A stretch of 64,000 bases of DNA from the NCBI GenBank assembly GCA_040767965.1, contig JAXGNR010000004.1:768001-832000 (forward strand), read 5' to 3'. Below the pieces are notes generated by a model. It was not told the DNA's origin. It saw only the letters and a list, made by a program, of their open reading frames with translations, and ran no database searches. A program made the position numbers and the translations under genes. Below, one piece after another: positions 62,787-64,000 of this stretch. Position 1 is the first letter of the stretch. Each line of letters begins with the position of its first letter. The stretch comes from Atribacterota bacterium (GTDB taxonomy: Bacteria > Atribacterota > Phoenicimicrobiia > Phoenicimicrobiales > Stramentimicrobiaceae).

Positions 62787-63344
62787 TTAGACTTCGGGCT
62801 CTATTAATCCGAGATTACCGTCTTTTCTTTTATAAATAACATTAATTTGATCAGTCGCTTCATTATTAAAAACAAAAAAGCTATGCCCGAGTAATTCCAT
62901 TTGCAAAGAAGCTTCTTCTGGTGACATCGGTTTCATTACAAATCTTTTTGTCTTGACAATTTTGACATCTTCTTCATATGATGTAGAATTTTCTATTTTT
63001 AAATTTTCTAAGGATATATCGATTTCTTTTATTTTGTCTTGTTCATTAAGTGATTTATTGTACAATTTTTCTTTATACTTAATTATCTGTCTCTCTAACT
63101 TTTCAACAACCCGATCAACAGAATTATAAATATTGTCACTTTCTTCTTCTGCCCTTATAATAGCTCTTTTTGCCTGTAATGTAACCTCAAATATTTTTCT
63201 GTTTTTTTCTGTATTTACAGTAGCAGTTGCTTCCATGATTTGGTCAAAATATTTATTCAATTTTTCCATTTTTTTTCTTATATAGCTTTCAATGGAATCT
63301 GTAATTTCAGTATTTTTACCTTTGATTATTAGATTCATTTGCAT
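62787..63344 (-). CDS. hpf: Ribosome hibernation promoting factor (long HPF / RaiA)
   Basis: IKGKN.EIT, KLERQI.KYKEKL, KPMSPEEA.LQMELLGH.FFVF, YKRKDG..GLIEP. Confidence 0.95.
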   Translation of the reverse strand: MQMNLIIKGKNTEITDSIESYIRKKMEKLNKYFDQIMEATATVNTEKNRKIFEVTLQAKRAIIRAEEESDNIYNSVDRVVEKLERQIIKYKEKLYNKSLNEQDKIKEIDISLENLKIENSTSYEEDVKIVKTKRFVMKPMSPEEASLQMELLGHSFFVFNNEATDQINVIYKRKDGNLGLIEPEV

Positions 63345-63494
63345 TTGCCTCCTTTATTTATTTTACCGTATAGTAATTTTAATTTTATCAACACATATTT
63401 GTTTTAATTTTATTACATCTAAAATAAAATATATTTTTTTTACAAGAGTGAAGTCCATTTTTAAGTATATTTTAAATATGTTTTTTCAATAGAT

Positions 63495-63728
63495 ATTCCC
63501 TTCTTAGACTGACCTGGTTTTTTACCCCACACTCGCCTGCTGAGAGGTTCGCTATCTTTTCACTACTACTCTTCTCTTTTCATTTTTTATCAATTATGAC
63601 AAATATAATGATAAGGCAGGACTTACTCCAAAACCGCACCATGCTCAGCAACTAATAATCGTTACCTTACGTGGATCGTTTCGCCTGCGGCTGGCATCGA
63701 TTTTCAACCACAGCTCTAAGAAGGGAAT
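63495..63728 (-). ncRNA. raiA motif RNA
   Basis: Closing stem ATTCCCTTCTTAGA/TCTAAGAAGGGAAT; conserved blocks GTGGTTGAAAATCGATGCCAGCCGCAGGCGAAACGATCCACGTAAG, GAGCATGGTGCGG, GTAAGTCCTGCC, CAGGCGAGTGTGGGG, ACCAGGTCA; located between comFC and hpf. Confidence 0.9.
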
Positions 63729-63731
63729 CTT

Positions 63732-64000
63732 TTAAATTCCTCTAGCCAATGTTAACACATACATATTTTTTACTCCAGTTTTTTTTAACTCTTTACAGCA
63801 AGCTTCAATCGTTGCTCCAGTAGTAAAAATATCATCAATTAGCATTATTTTTGATAAAGAAGATAATTTGTAAGAATAATTGACCTCATATACATTTAGA
63901 ACATTCTTTTTTCTTTCTTCTCTTGTTAAACCAACTTGTGATTTATTTTTATTTTTTTTTATCAGCAATTCATTCGTAAATTTAATTGAAAAGTATTTAG
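63732..64000 (-). CDS. comFC: ComF family phosphoribosyltransferase-like protein, C-terminal part
   Basis: SQVGL..EERKKN, LIDDIFTTGATI, LTLAR. Confidence 0.88.
   Translation of the reverse strand, partial: KYFSIKFTNELLIKKNKNKSQVGLTREERKKNVLNVYEVNYSYKLSSLSKIMLIDDIFTTGATIEACCKELKKTGVKNMYVLTLARGI

Noticed and set aside
343-63492. Numerous plus-strand ORFs in the track (e.g. 38383-38904, 47313-47852, 58121-58621)
   Set aside because: They are antisense shadows of well-supported minus-strand genes or AT-rich spacers, with no protein motifs.
63495-63728. Group I/II intron, riboswitch or MITE interpretation of the comFC-hpf spacer
   Set aside because: Sequence blocks and gene context match the raiA motif RNA; the terminal inverted repeat is its closing stem.
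1-64000. CRISPR arrays, prophage, integrase, IS elements or rRNA
   Set aside because: No regularly spaced repeats or recognisable genes of these types were seen.

Overview
AT-rich bacterial chromosomal segment in which every credible gene lies on the minus strand. Gene content fits an anaerobic amino-acid fermenter; an Atribacterota/JS1-like or clostridia-like organism is my inference only. Order along the transcribed (minus) direction: comFC (partial), raiA-motif ncRNA, hpf, a four-gene cassette, secA, prfB (programmed +1 frameshift) and a cyclodeaminase. Next comes a GntR-led operon that can convert glutamate to propionate (korDABC, ackA, nfnAB-like, gdh, an ATPase-Asp23 fusion, methylmalonyl-CoA mutase/meaB/epimerase and a Na+-pumping decarboxylase). 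Then DUF5693-csaB-ftsEX-envC-ctpA, gltX with tRNA-Gln/tRNA-Glu, sua5, smpB overlapping tmRNA, an amidase/GerMN/tlyA/nadK/recN block, and a sigma54-controlled branched-chain 2-oxoacid operon (BkdR-like activator, buk-ptb-buk, ATPase, vor). The window ends with nudF, EndoQ, dnaG, rpoD, tRNA-Asn and a small accessory region. The most interesting element is the cassette between hpf and secA. It holds an unannotated 28-aa signal-peptide-like ORF (MKINRAKIISFLISVMALLLAGGARFRL) enclosed by a 22-bp inverted repeat, followed by a multi-TM HD-GYP phosphodiesterase and a DUF5317 membrane protein with LspA-like aspartate motifs. I infer a candidate peptide-signal / cyclic-dinucleotide system. Many genes carry indels, mostly in homopolymer runs, which are most likely assembly errors.
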